Notes under the pieces: model-generated
Seen by the model: the letters and a program-made list of their open reading frames with translations, nothing else
Databases searched by the model: none
Told to the model about the DNA's origin: nothing
Program-made: the position numbers and the translations under genes
DNA from: Tissierellia bacterium
GTDB taxonomy: Bacteria > Bacillota > Clostridia > Tissierellales > Peptoniphilaceae
Length of the DNA stretch: 64,000 bases
Direction of reading: 5' to 3'
NCBI GenBank assembly: GCA_030529425.1
Contig: JAUMWX010000004.1
Coordinates: 78,629-142,628 of the forward strand
Shown here: piece by piece, positions 28,061 to 37,621 of the stretch
How positions within the stretch are numbered: the stretch's first letter is position 1
How the letters are laid out: every line of letters begins with the position of its first letter

Positions 28061-29896
28061 CTAATTATTTATATAATATCCTGCTTGTGCATTCCACAAT
28101 TTCTTATATTCTCCTTCAATTTTTACCAAATCTTCATGCTTTCCGGTTTGAACAATGTTTCCCTCATCAAATACGATTATTGAATCTGAAAACTTACAGC
28201 TTGATAATCTGTGAGATATAAAAATCGCCGTTCTGTCTTTGACTATTTCCGCCAGCCTTTCATATATTTCAGCTTCGGATATAGGATCTAAAGCAGCTGT
28301 CGGCTCATCAAGAATTATAAACGCAGCATCCTGATATATCGCTCTGGCTATTGCAATTTTTTGTGATTCTCCGCCTGAAACCTCTATTCCGCTCTCATCT
28401 ATATTTTTATATAAGGAAGTATCCAATCCTTTTTCCCAGCTGAGAACTTTTTCCCTAAGTCCGACATCTTCAAGAGTCTCCAAAACTCTTTTTTCATCAT
28501 AATCCACACTTCCGGCTATATTTTGAGCTATCGGGTATGAGAATAAATTGTAATCCTGAAATACCACTGAAAATATTTTTATATAATCTTTGTAATTATA
28601 TTTCCTTATATTAATTCCGTTTAATAAAATTTCTCCTTCATCCGGATCATAAAACCTTATTAACAACTTTATAAATGTACTTTTCCCCGAACCGTTTTTT
28701 CCTACAATTGCAAGCCTTTTTCCCAGCTCAAATTTTAAGTTGACATTTTGCAATACCAAATTGTCGGTATTCGGGTATTTAAAACTTACATTTCTAAATT
28801 CTACTTCATATTTTCTGTCATTTCTTTTTTCAGTTGTAAGGCTTCCTTTATACATATCGGATTCTATATCTAAATAATCCAAAACCTTTTTTGCGAAAGG
28901 TAAATTACCTATGTATGATACTATAAAATTCATTATCATTCTGAAGCCTATTATAAACTGAGATATACTTCCTATATATTGAGTTAAGTATCCCACTGAA
29001 AAAGCCCCTGCAAATGCTTTATAAGAAACAAACATGTATATAATAAGCATCTGGCCTCTGTTAAGTAATGAAGATAAGGAATTTATAACACCCGATACTT
29101 TTCTCAAATATTCGTTAAAACCGCTATTTGTTCCAAAAAAACCTTGTTTATCAAAATCCCTAAGTATTTCACTCTGATTATATATTCTATTATCTAATGC
29201 TCTTTCAGGTTGATTTATAAAACTATAAATAAAATAGCTGAAATATCTATTTGCAAATTTAAATGTATCTATCAATTCAGCCCATTTTTTCATTTCATAT
29301 TTTCTTATATAAAATATCGACAATGAAATCAATAAAACCGATAATATGAATCCTAGATTTAGCCATGCATTGTTAAGGAATTCGTATCTGTCATTATAAA
29401 TCCTTCGTGAAAAAAAAGAGCTTATCATAGAAATACTGCCTATTAACAATGTCAAAGACTCAATTAACTGAGGATAGCTATGAAGCGTATGAGTTATTCC
29501 ATAATTATTGAAGTTTTTATTTTGTTGAATATGAGATATTTCTCCAATTATTTCCGTATCTTCAGCATACTTTAAATCCAATTCATTATACTTTTTTGAC
29601 AATATATATTCTTCCTTAAAATATCGTATATTAGTTTCCTTTTCCAAAAAGTAATTTATGGCGGACATAAGAATCTGAGTGAAAAATATAGCTAGTACCG
29701 AATAAGTAGCCCATAGTTTTATACTTGTATTTTGAGAATCTACTTTTCCAATTTCATCTATAATCCTCGCGGATAAAAAAATCGTTATAAGAGGTAACAA
29801 TCCCTTTGATATACTTTGAAATGTCGAAAAAAATAACTCTTTTTTATAATTTTTATAAAGATGCTTAATTGCTCTATAGCTCACACCGTTTTTCAT
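28061..29896 (-). CDS. ABC transporter permease/ATP-binding fusion (type I exporter half-transporter).
   Basis: N-terminal 6-TM domain plus an NBD with Walker A GKNGSGKST, signature VSGGESQKIA and Walker B ILDEPT. Start placed at M13. Overlaps the upstream paralog. Confidence 0.8.
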   Translation of the reverse strand: MKNGVSYRAIKHLYKNYKKELFFSTFQSISKGLLPLITIFLSARIIDEIGKVDSQNTSIKLWATYSVLAIFFTQILMSAINYFLEKETNIRYFKEEYILSKKYNELDLKYAEDTEIIGEISHIQQNKNFNNYGITHTLHSYPQLIESLTLLIGSISMISSFFSRRIYNDRYEFLNNAWLNLGFILSVLLISLSIFYIRKYEMKKWAELIDTFKFANRYFSYFIYSFINQPERALDNRIYNQSEILRDFDKQGFFGTNSGFNEYLRKVSGVINSLSSLLNRGQMLIIYMFVSYKAFAGAFSVGYLTQYIGSISQFIIGFRMIMNFIVSYIGNLPFAKKVLDYLDIESDMYKGSLTTEKRNDRKYEVEFRNVSFKYPNTDNLVLQNVNLKFELGKRLAIVGKNGSGKSTFIKLLIRFYDPDEGEILLNGINIRKYNYKDYIKIFSVVFQDYNLFSYPIAQNIAGSVDYDEKRVLETLEDVGLREKVLSWEKGLDTSLYKNIDESGIEVSGGESQKIAIARAIYQDAAFIILDEPTAALDPISEAEIYERLAEIVKDRTAIFISHRLSSCKFSDSIIVFDEGNIVQTGKHEDLVKIEGEYKKLWNAQAGYYINN

Positions 29897-31688
29897 GGTT
29901 TTCCTCCATATAGTACCTGCTCTGAGTATCAAATAATTTTTTATAGCTTCCTCCGAGCTGCATCAATTCATCATGAGTACCTTTTTCATAAATTTTTTTG
30001 TTTTGAATCAAAATAATGTAATCACAGAATTTTGTAGAAGCTAATCTGTGAGAAATAAAAAACGACAAAGTATTTCTCGACAGTTCATTATATTTTGTAT
30101 ATATTTCTCGTTCGGCAATGGGATCTAAAGCGGCCGTAGGCTCATCCAAAATTAATATGGGACTGTTTCTGTATATAGCTCTCGCCAATAATATCTTTTG
30201 CATTTCTCCACCGGAAAATTCAGGCGCATCTTCATAAACATCCTTAACTATATTGGTATCTACTCCATTTGCCAATTTATCAACCTTTGATCTCAGTCCT
30301 GAAAGTTCAATTACTTTTTCCATTTTTTCCTTGTCATAGTAATCTATGTCATTTGCAATATTTAAAGCTAATGTCCCCGCAAATAATGAATTTTCTTGAA
30401 ATACCGCTGAAAAAATTTTGTAATAATCCTTTCGATTATATATTTTTATATTTTTTCCGTTCATTAATACTTCCCCATCTGTGGGATCCAAAAGACCGCA
30501 TATAAGCTTTATTAAAGTTGTTTTTCCAGCCCCATTCAGTCCTACCACTGCAATTTTTTCTCCAATTCTTACTTTTAAATTTATATTCTCCAAAATATAT
30601 TCGTCCGACAAAGGATATTTGTAGCTTACATTTCTCAATTCCAAATTTATATCACTATTGTTTACATCCAGTTTTTCACCGTCTTCAAATTTATATATTT
30701 CCGGATATTCAATAAATTCTCTAATAGTACTTATTTCCAAATTGGATTTATAAATATTGAATATTTCTCTCAAAAGCATTTGCATTTCAGAAGTTAACTT
30801 GGATTGAGTGGCAAAATATAGCAAAAATAATGATGTATCGAGTTTATTATTTAATACCATGCTTATCAGATAGTAATAAACAAGTGTATTTCTCAAAAGA
30901 TTCAGTAAAAGTTCCACAAAATCTGCAAAAAATATTCTAATAGCAGCCCTTTGCTCAAAATCTCTGTATAATTGTAAGGCATTTTCGTATATTTGACTTA
31001 ACCATTGTGCCAATCCGAACATTCTTATATCTTTTGCATTTTTGTGATTTAATGAAGTAGTGAAAACATATTGTAATTTATTTTGATGTTCTCCTTCTTC
31101 TTTCCTGTTCTTGTACCTCCACTCTTTCAGATTTTTACTCAAATAAAAACTTAATATTGTAGTTGATATTGTAGAAATTACCAAGAAAATTGGAAGTTTT
31201 GCTAAAATAAATATATAAAAAGCCACCAATGTAAATTTGGATATAAAGCTTACCGACTGATCCCATATCAATTCCATTCCTACATTATTTGAATACATTG
31301 AAGTCAAAGCCTTGGTTTTCAAACTTAAAACATCTTTATCCAATATAAGCGGATAACTCATACTTAAGTATTTAGTTACAACTCTTTTTAAATTCACGGT
31401 TCTAATCTCTATTTTTGCCGGTGCTATTATTGAAATATAATAAGAATATATCGTATCAAATACAAGAGATAATCCTCCAAAAAATAAAATGGTCTTTATT
31501 ATCGACTCAAAAGATTTTTCACTGATAACTTTTTCTACTATTTGTGGAATTGTATAAATTTCAACAATCCCGAGAGCCACAGATGTAAAAATAAGTATTA
31601 ATAAATACATCAAAAACATCCGTTGTACCTTCCATGCTGTAGAAATCATATACTTCAAATTGCAAAATAATGAATATTTCTTTTTCAT
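29874..31688 (-). CDS. ABC transporter permease/ATP-binding fusion, heterodimer partner.
   Basis: TMD plus NBD with Walker A GLNGAGKTT, signature FSGGEMQKIL and Walker B ILDEPTAALD. GGGAGG SD. No C39 peptidase domain. Confidence 0.8.
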   Translation of the reverse strand: MKKKYSLFCNLKYMISTAWKVQRMFLMYLLILIFTSVALGIVEIYTIPQIVEKVISEKSFESIIKTILFFGGLSLVFDTIYSYYISIIAPAKIEIRTVNLKRVVTKYLSMSYPLILDKDVLSLKTKALTSMYSNNVGMELIWDQSVSFISKFTLVAFYIFILAKLPIFLVISTISTTILSFYLSKNLKEWRYKNRKEEGEHQNKLQYVFTTSLNHKNAKDIRMFGLAQWLSQIYENALQLYRDFEQRAAIRIFFADFVELLLNLLRNTLVYYYLISMVLNNKLDTSLFLLYFATQSKLTSEMQMLLREIFNIYKSNLEISTIREFIEYPEIYKFEDGEKLDVNNSDINLELRNVSYKYPLSDEYILENINLKVRIGEKIAVVGLNGAGKTTLIKLICGLLDPTDGEVLMNGKNIKIYNRKDYYKIFSAVFQENSLFAGTLALNIANDIDYYDKEKMEKVIELSGLRSKVDKLANGVDTNIVKDVYEDAPEFSGGEMQKILLARAIYRNSPILILDEPTAALDPIAEREIYTKYNELSRNTLSFFISHRLASTKFCDYIILIQNKKIYEKGTHDELMQLGGSYKKLFDTQSRYYMEENHEKRCEL

Positions 31689-31742
31689 ATAAACCTCCCT
31701 TAATTAGAAGTATATTACTCTTTTTTTATTAATCATTTTTAT

Positions 31743-31778
31743 GGGATGAATTGTCATTTTTGAGGGATGAATTGTCAT
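31743..31778 (-). promoter_or_regulatory. Two perfect 15-bp direct repeats (GGGATGAATTGTCAT on the plus strand) with 21-bp periodicity about 55-90 bp upstream of the ABC exporter start. Candidate LytTR binding site.
   Basis: Seen in sequence: repeat copies at 31743-31757 and 31764-31778, overlapping the 3' end of the kinase gene. A TAATAT -10-like element and a GGGAGG SD follow before the ATG at 31688. Confidence 0.55.
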
Positions 31779-32440
31779 AATAGTATTTCTGTGGTAAATG
31801 CACCGTCTTCCGAGTTTCTCGAAATATATCCGTCATACTTGTCAATAATTGCATCTATGCTTATTAGACCAAGCCCCCTGTTTTTCCCCTTTGTAGATTT
31901 GAATATACTTCCTATCTTTCTTTGTTTTTTTCCGGCGGTAAAATTTGTAAAAGATATATATAATCTTTTTCCCTTCATATCCATATATAGCCTTATATAC
32001 CTCTTTTCTTCCGGCAATTCCAATGATGCCTCAATTGCATTGTCGAACAAATTTCCTATAATTGTTGCCAAATCGATCTCTTTTATATCTAAAACACTTG
32101 AAACATTTACATCCAAAACTACTTTGATATTTTGATTTCTCGCCAAACTTACTTTTGAATTAACTATGGCATCGGTCATTTTATTTCCGGTCCTTATTAC
32201 CGGAGCTATGGCATGCAGATCCTCTTCCAACTCGTTGAGATATTTTTTTATGGATTCCATATCATCACTTTCCACATATGACCTAAGGATTTGAATATGA
32301 TTTCTGTAATTATGTCTCCATTTTCTAATGTCCTGATACATATTCTCAACCTCTTCAAAATGTGTGTTTAGAATACTTTTTTGATACTCAAGAACATTTT
32401 CTTTTGCAAATTTCATTTTAATTTTTTTTATAATATTCAT
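31775..32440 (-). CDS. GHKL/HPK10-type histidine kinase catalytic core with no transmembrane sensor domain.
   Basis: H-box RKWRHNYRNHIQ, N-box GNLFDNAIEA and G-box GLGLISI. Only 221 aa, starting 8 bp after the response regulator stop. Confidence 0.7.
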   Translation of the reverse strand: MNIIKKIKMKFAKENVLEYQKSILNTHFEEVENMYQDIRKWRHNYRNHIQILRSYVESDDMESIKKYLNELEEDLHAIAPVIRTGNKMTDAIVNSKVSLARNQNIKVVLDVNVSSVLDIKEIDLATIIGNLFDNAIEASLELPEEKRYIRLYMDMKGKRLYISFTNFTAGKKQRKIGSIFKSTKGKNRGLGLISIDAIIDKYDGYISRNSEDGAFTTEILL

Positions 32441-32447
32441 AATTCAC

Positions 32448-33149
32448 CTAAAAATTTTCAATAATACGCCTATTTATTTCCTGAAATTTTCCTCTTGGGA
32501 TAAATAACTTGATTCCATTGGTCATTTCTACCGCGGTTTTACTCATTCTCTCTATGTATTCTAAATTTATTATCTCACTTCTGCTCAGCTTTAAAAATCT
32601 TTTATCCAACATTTCCTCCATGTCGGTAAGGGTGTTTCTACATCTCCACTCATCTTTAAGTCCGTATATTATTACATAATTTCTATCGGAGGCGATGTAG
32701 ACTATGTCATCTAAATATATCTTAATTTGTTCATCCTTTTCTTTTATCAATATATATTTTTTTCTCGTTTCCGACCTTTCTATTGCTCGATTTAAAACAT
32801 CAAAAAGTTTATCCTCCCTAATCGGCTTTACTAAAAAATTTAACGCTTCAACATCATATCCCTCACCTATATATTCGCTGTATCCGCTTATGAATATAAT
32901 TTGAATGTTTTTATCTTTATTTCTTATCTTTTTCGCAAGTTCAACACCATTAATTTCTTTCATCTCTATATCTAATAAAAGGATGTTGAAATTTTTATAA
33001 TCTTCATAATTAAAAATAAATTCTTCTGATGACTCAAAAAGACTGATTTTGCAACTAATATTATTCTTTTGTGCCCACTTTAAAACATATTTTTCGTATG
33101 TTTCTCTTATTATTTTTTCATCATCAATTATTGCGATTTCAATATTCAT
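32448..33149 (-). CDS. LytTR-family response regulator (receiver plus LytTR DNA-binding domain).
   Basis: Receiver IAIIDDEKII ... LLDIEMKEINGVEL. C-terminal LytTR domain (IVYIASDRNYVIIY ... LKLSRSEIINL). Start placed at M9 (MNIEIAII). Confidence 0.8.
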   Translation of the reverse strand: MNIEIAIIDDEKIIRETYEKYVLKWAQKNNISCKISLFESSEEFIFNYEDYKNFNILLLDIEMKEINGVELAKKIRNKDKNIQIIFISGYSEYIGEGYDVEALNFLVKPIREDKLFDVLNRAIERSETRKKYILIKEKDEQIKIYLDDIVYIASDRNYVIIYGLKDEWRCRNTLTDMEEMLDKRFLKLSRSEIINLEYIERMSKTAVEMTNGIKLFIPRGKFQEINRRIIENF

Positions 33150-33340
33150 AACTCCTCTTTTCCATAAGTTCAATATAGTTTATACTTAGTTTCTCATTTC
33201 AACGATATCATTATACTTATTATAAACAAAAAAACTAAAGTTTGAAAAATCTATGCGTTCTGTTTAAATAATTGCAAATTTATTTAGGTCTAAATTTGAT
33301 TTATTTATTTTTTTTGGTATAATAGATTAGTAAATGAAAT

Positions 33341-33414
33341 GGCGGTATAGCCAAGTGGTAAGGCAGAGGTCTGCAACACCTTTATCATCGGTTCAAATCC
33401 GGTTACCGCCTCCA
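33341..33414 (+). tRNA. tRNA-Cys (anticodon GCA).
   Basis: GGCGGTA acceptor stem paired with TACCGCC. D-arm GCC/GGC. Anticodon loop CTGCAAC. T-arm ATCGG-TTCAAAT-CCGGT. Encoded CCA. Upstream TATAAT at about 33317. Confidence 0.85.
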
Positions 33415-33430
33415 TTTGAGTTAACAAATA

Positions 33431-33460
33431 AAAAATCCGGAATAAATCCCGGATTTTTTA
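33431..33460 (+). terminator. Rho-independent terminator after tRNA-Cys (ATCCGG/CCGGAT stem plus T-run).
   Basis: AAAAATCCGGAATAAATCCCGGATTTTTTATTT. Confidence 0.6.
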
Positions 33461-33493
33461 TTTGTTGTATTTATTATTTACTAAAAAACAATT

Positions 33494-34009
33494 TCAATCT
33501 ATTATTTTTTTGATAATATCCAATTTGTCTTCGTCAATCTGTACTATATTTCTACTCTTTTTCGTTTCCCTGCTTTTAATTAAGTTTACTACCCTGCTTT
33601 TTTTAGTATTAAATTCCAATTCCAATTCGTTTGAAGATATTCTCGTAGCTCCCTGCCCCATAACAATAGTTTGAATAATTGCATCAGATGTCGCCACCCT
33701 AATCTCTTCATGTTTTTTGGAATTGGATACAATTCTTTCAATATAATTATCTGCTGTTTCAAACTCTTCGGTATATACAATTTCAATATTGTTTTTATAT
33801 TCAATACTTCTTTTTGCCCCCTTTTTAAGATGGGAATCAAAAACTAATATTATTTTTTCATCGGAAATAGCCTCAAATTCAGACATTATATCTATCAACT
33901 TGCCTCTAGCTTCATCAAGACTTATATTTGCAATTTCAACAAGAGATTCCCAAGAGTTAATTATATTATATCCGTCTACAACCAATATCTTTTTTTTACT
34001 TATACTCAT
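33494..34009 (-). CDS. yacP: NYN-domain ribonuclease YacP/Rae1.
   Basis: N-terminus ILVVDGYNIINSW is the NYN/PIN-like YacP motif. Conserved position after rlmB in the gltX-cysS operon. Confidence 0.75.
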   Translation of the reverse strand: MSISKKKILVVDGYNIINSWESLVEIANISLDEARGKLIDIMSEFEAISDEKIILVFDSHLKKGAKRSIEYKNNIEIVYTEEFETADNYIERIVSNSKKHEEIRVATSDAIIQTIVMGQGATRISSNELELEFNTKKSRVVNLIKSRETKKSRNIVQIDEDKLDIIKKIID

Positions 34010-34736
34010 TTCTACTTCTTATTACTTCATAAATCAATACAGCTGCGGATGTAGAGGCATTTAGAGATTCCGTCTTTCCATACATCGGTATATTAACCAA
34101 AACATCACAATTCTTTTTTACCAAACTGGAAATACCGTTACCCTCATTTCCTATAACAAGAGCTACCGGACCTTTATAATCTATTTGTGTATATGACTTA
34201 TTTGCATGTCCATCTGCACCATAAACCCAATAATTTTCGGATTTAAGTCTTTCAATTGTCTGATTTATGTTTGTAACCTTTGCGATTTTTAAAAATGTTG
34301 TTGCTCCTGCGGAAGTCTTATGCACGGTATGATTTACGGAGGCTGATCTCCTTTTAGGTATGATTAATCCGCTCGCCCCTGCAGCTTCTGCTGTTCTTAT
34401 AATGGCACCCAAATTGTGAGGATCTGTAATCTCATCCAAAATGATTATTAAAGGATCTCTTTCTGATTTTTTGCCTTCTTCCAGTATCTCATTCAATGTT
34501 GCATATTTATAGTCCGATGCCAATAAACATACCCCTTGATGATTGGAATTTTCAGTCATATCATCCAATTTCTTTTTATCCACTTCGACAATGATTAATC
34601 TTTTGTCTTTAGCCAATGCTATAATTTTTTGAATGGATCCTTTTAAATCTCCCTTTTGGATAAATAATTTTTCAGCCCCGTCTTTATTCTTAAGATATTC
34701 AATAACCGAATTTCTTCCTATAATGTAATTTGTCAT
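33996..34736 (-). CDS. rlmB: 23S rRNA (Gm2251) 2'-O-methyltransferase, TrmH/SpoU family.
   Basis: SpoU motifs LIIILDEITDPHNLGAIIRTAEAAG and LVIGNEGNGIS. Confidence 0.8.
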   Translation of the reverse strand: MTNYIIGRNSVIEYLKNKDGAEKLFIQKGDLKGSIQKIIALAKDKRLIIVEVDKKKLDDMTENSNHQGVCLLASDYKYATLNEILEEGKKSERDPLIIILDEITDPHNLGAIIRTAEAAGASGLIIPKRRSASVNHTVHKTSAGATTFLKIAKVTNINQTIERLKSENYWVYGADGHANKSYTQIDYKGPVALVIGNEGNGISSLVKKNCDVLVNIPMYGKTESLNASTSAAVLIYEVIRSRNEYK

Positions 34737-34743
34737 CTTTCAC

Positions 34744-36135
34744 CTATATTTTCTTCCAAATAACACCATTTGGAGTGTCTTTTAATTCTATTCCCTTTTC
34801 TTTCAGGACATCTCTTATTCTGTCGGCTTCTGCAAAGTTTTTATCTTTTCTTGCAATATTTCTAGCTTCTATCAGTTCTTCTACATCACTCTCCAATTGA
34901 TTGCTTTTTATTTCAAAAGGAATTCCTAAAACTTCGGTCATCTTCTCAAAAACTTCCCTTGCAAATTTAACATCGGATTTGGATGTGTTTTTATCAAGCT
35001 CTATGTTTACCAGCTTAATCAAATCAAATAAATATGACATTGCCTTGGATGTGTTAAAATCATCATCCATAGCATTTTCGAAACTTTTTAATAATTCTTC
35101 AATTCTATTTTTGAAAGAATAATCCGAATCAGTATCGGAGTTTGACATATGATCAATAATTTTTTCATATGAGTTTTGCAATCTTTCATAAGAATTTTTA
35201 ATAGCTATGATGCTTTCCTCGGAAAAATCTATCGGAGATCTGTAATGAGATGATAATAACCACATTCTCACATATTTCAAATCATATTTTGCCTCAATAT
35301 CTTTCAGCATGAAAAAATTTCCCTTTGATTTTGACATTTTTTCATGATCCACCGTAATCATTGAATTATGCATCCAATAATTTGCAAAACTTTTCCCATG
35401 AAGAGTTTCACTTTGAGCTATTTCATTTTCATGGTGAGGAAATTGTAAATCTTCTCCACCTCCGTGAATGTCAATGGTTTCACCTAATTTCTCTTTTGCC
35501 ATGACGGAGCATTCAATATGCCAACCGGGTCGCCCTTCTCCCCAAGGACTTTCCCAAGACGGTTCCGCTTCAATTTTTTTCTTTTTCCATAAAGCAAAGT
35601 CCATAGGATTTTTTTTGTTTTGACTCAAATCCACTCTTGCCCCTGCAACCAAGTCTTCTATATTTTTCTTTGACAATTTTCCATAGTCTTTTGCTTTTTC
35701 TATGGAAAAATATACACTGTCCTCGGCATCATATGCCGCTTTTTTATTTTCCAAATCTCTTATAAAGCTGATCATATGATCTACATAGTCTGTAGCCTTT
35801 GTATGAATTATTTTGTTATCATCCACATTCAATTTCTTAGCATCTTCAATAAAAGCACTAATATATTTTTCGGATATTTCCTTGAAATAAAGATTTTCTT
35901 CAATTGCCCTATTTATTATCTTGTCGTCAATATCTGTAAAATTCATGACAAAATCCACTAAATAACCTTTATATTCAAGATATCTTCTGACCGTATCAAA
36001 AAACACCAAAGGCCTTGCGTTTCCTATATGAATATAATTATAAACAGTAGGTCCGCATACATACATCTTTACTTTATTTTTTTCAATTGTTTTAAAATCT
36101 TCTTTTTTTCTTGTAAGTGTATTATATATTTTCAT
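34744..36135 (-). CDS. cysS: Cysteine--tRNA ligase.
   Basis: HIGNARP (HIGH) and KMSKSKGN (KMSKS) class I motifs. 463 aa. Confidence 0.9.
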   Translation of the reverse strand: MKIYNTLTRKKEDFKTIEKNKVKMYVCGPTVYNYIHIGNARPLVFFDTVRRYLEYKGYLVDFVMNFTDIDDKIINRAIEENLYFKEISEKYISAFIEDAKKLNVDDNKIIHTKATDYVDHMISFIRDLENKKAAYDAEDSVYFSIEKAKDYGKLSKKNIEDLVAGARVDLSQNKKNPMDFALWKKKKIEAEPSWESPWGEGRPGWHIECSVMAKEKLGETIDIHGGGEDLQFPHHENEIAQSETLHGKSFANYWMHNSMITVDHEKMSKSKGNFFMLKDIEAKYDLKYVRMWLLSSHYRSPIDFSEESIIAIKNSYERLQNSYEKIIDHMSNSDTDSDYSFKNRIEELLKSFENAMDDDFNTSKAMSYLFDLIKLVNIELDKNTSKSDVKFAREVFEKMTEVLGIPFEIKSNQLESDVEELIEARNIARKDKNFAEADRIRDVLKEKGIELKDTPNGVIWKKI

Positions 36136-36137
36136 GA

Positions 36138-37613
36138 TTAAAATTTACTTAAAACAAAATCTATTCTTTCCTTTAGTCCTTTATTTCCGAAAAGCAAGAA
36201 TAGCTCTACCATTTCAGGTCCGTGCTCTAATCCGGTAATAGCGGATCTGACAGGGAAGAATAATGATTTTCCTTTGACCCCCGTTTCCTTTTGAATTCTT
36301 TTCATAATAGTTTTGGCTAATTCTTCATTCATTTCTTCATTTTCAATGATTTCTCTGAATTTTTTAAGTACTGTTTTCGCTTCCTCAGTTTCAAAATTTC
36401 GAGTCACTTCCTCGTAATATCCGTCTTCTTTAAAGTCATTAAAAATAAAACCTACATGATTAACAATTTCAGATGATTTTTCTATTGAAGTTTTAAATAT
36501 TTTTGCCAACTCAATCATTTTTTCATCTTCTACATCTTCCGATACCAATTTTGCTTCAACAAGATACGGCTTTATATCTCTGGCAATATCTTCATCTGTC
36601 ATTTGTCTTAAATACTGACTGTTAACCCAGTCAAGCTTTTGAATATCAAATACTCCGCCCGATCTTGATACCCTGTCCAAAGTAAACTGTTCAATAAGTT
36701 CATCATGTGACAATATTTCCTGATTTGAATCCGGTGACCAACCAACAAGTGCAATATAGTTTACCAAAGCATCTCTCAAATATCCCTTTTTAACAAAATC
36801 TTCTACAGCAACATCCGCATTTCTTTTTGATAGTTTCTTTTTGTCCTTGCCAAGTACAGTCGGAAGATGCACATAATCAGGAGCATCCCATCCCAGTGCC
36901 TCATATAGATAAACATGCTTAGGTGTTGATGAAACCCATTCATCTCCCCTTATTACATGAGTTATTCCCATCAAATGATCATCTACGACAACGGCAAAGT
37001 GGTATGTCGGAAATCCGTCAGACTTTATAAGTACCTGATCATCAATATCATTTGTATTGATTGAAAGCTTTCCTTTAATGATGTCATTGAACTCTATATC
37101 TTTGTTTGCAGGAAGTTTCAATCTGACTACATGCGGTTCTCCCGCTGCAACTTTTTTCTTGGCTTCTTCAAGTGAAATTCCTCTGCAAAGTCCGTCATAC
37201 TTGGGCATTAATCCGTCAGCCTTTTGTTGTTCTCTGAGATTGTCCAATCTTTCTTGAGAACAGAAACAATAATACGCCTTTCCTTCTTCTATTAATCTGT
37301 CTATATACTTGTTGTAAATACCTTCTTTAACCCTATCAGATTGAACATAAGGACCATACTCACCTCTTTCGACAACTTTTCCGTCTTCCAAGAATAGTCC
37401 TTCATCGTATTCCAAACCGGCCCAATGCAGAACCTTAATCATGTTTTCAATCGCCCCTTCAACATATCTTGTTCTGTCCGTATCTTCAATTCTTAATATA
37501 AATTTACCACCTTTATTTCTGGCAAAAAGATAATTGTATAATGCCGTTCTCAATCCTCCTATATGAACATACCCTGTTGGACTCGGTGCAAATCTTACTC
37601 TTACTTCTTTCAT
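36138..37613 (-). CDS. gltX: Glutamate--tRNA ligase.
   Basis: PSPTGYVHIGGLRTALYNY (HIGH region) and KLSKR motif. 491 aa. Confidence 0.9.
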   Translation of the reverse strand: MKEVRVRFAPSPTGYVHIGGLRTALYNYLFARNKGGKFILRIEDTDRTRYVEGAIENMIKVLHWAGLEYDEGLFLEDGKVVERGEYGPYVQSDRVKEGIYNKYIDRLIEEGKAYYCFCSQERLDNLREQQKADGLMPKYDGLCRGISLEEAKKKVAAGEPHVVRLKLPANKDIEFNDIIKGKLSINTNDIDDQVLIKSDGFPTYHFAVVVDDHLMGITHVIRGDEWVSSTPKHVYLYEALGWDAPDYVHLPTVLGKDKKKLSKRNADVAVEDFVKKGYLRDALVNYIALVGWSPDSNQEILSHDELIEQFTLDRVSRSGGVFDIQKLDWVNSQYLRQMTDEDIARDIKPYLVEAKLVSEDVEDEKMIELAKIFKTSIEKSSEIVNHVGFIFNDFKEDGYYEEVTRNFETEEAKTVLKKFREIIENEEMNEELAKTIMKRIQKETGVKGKSLFFPVRSAITGLEHGPEMVELFLLFGNKGLKERIDFVLSKF

Positions 37614-37621
37614 AATATCTC

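Noticed and set aside
33589-33840. 83-aa minus-strand ORF within yacP.
   Set aside because: It is internal to yacP in an alternative frame, and yacP is well supported by conserved operon position.
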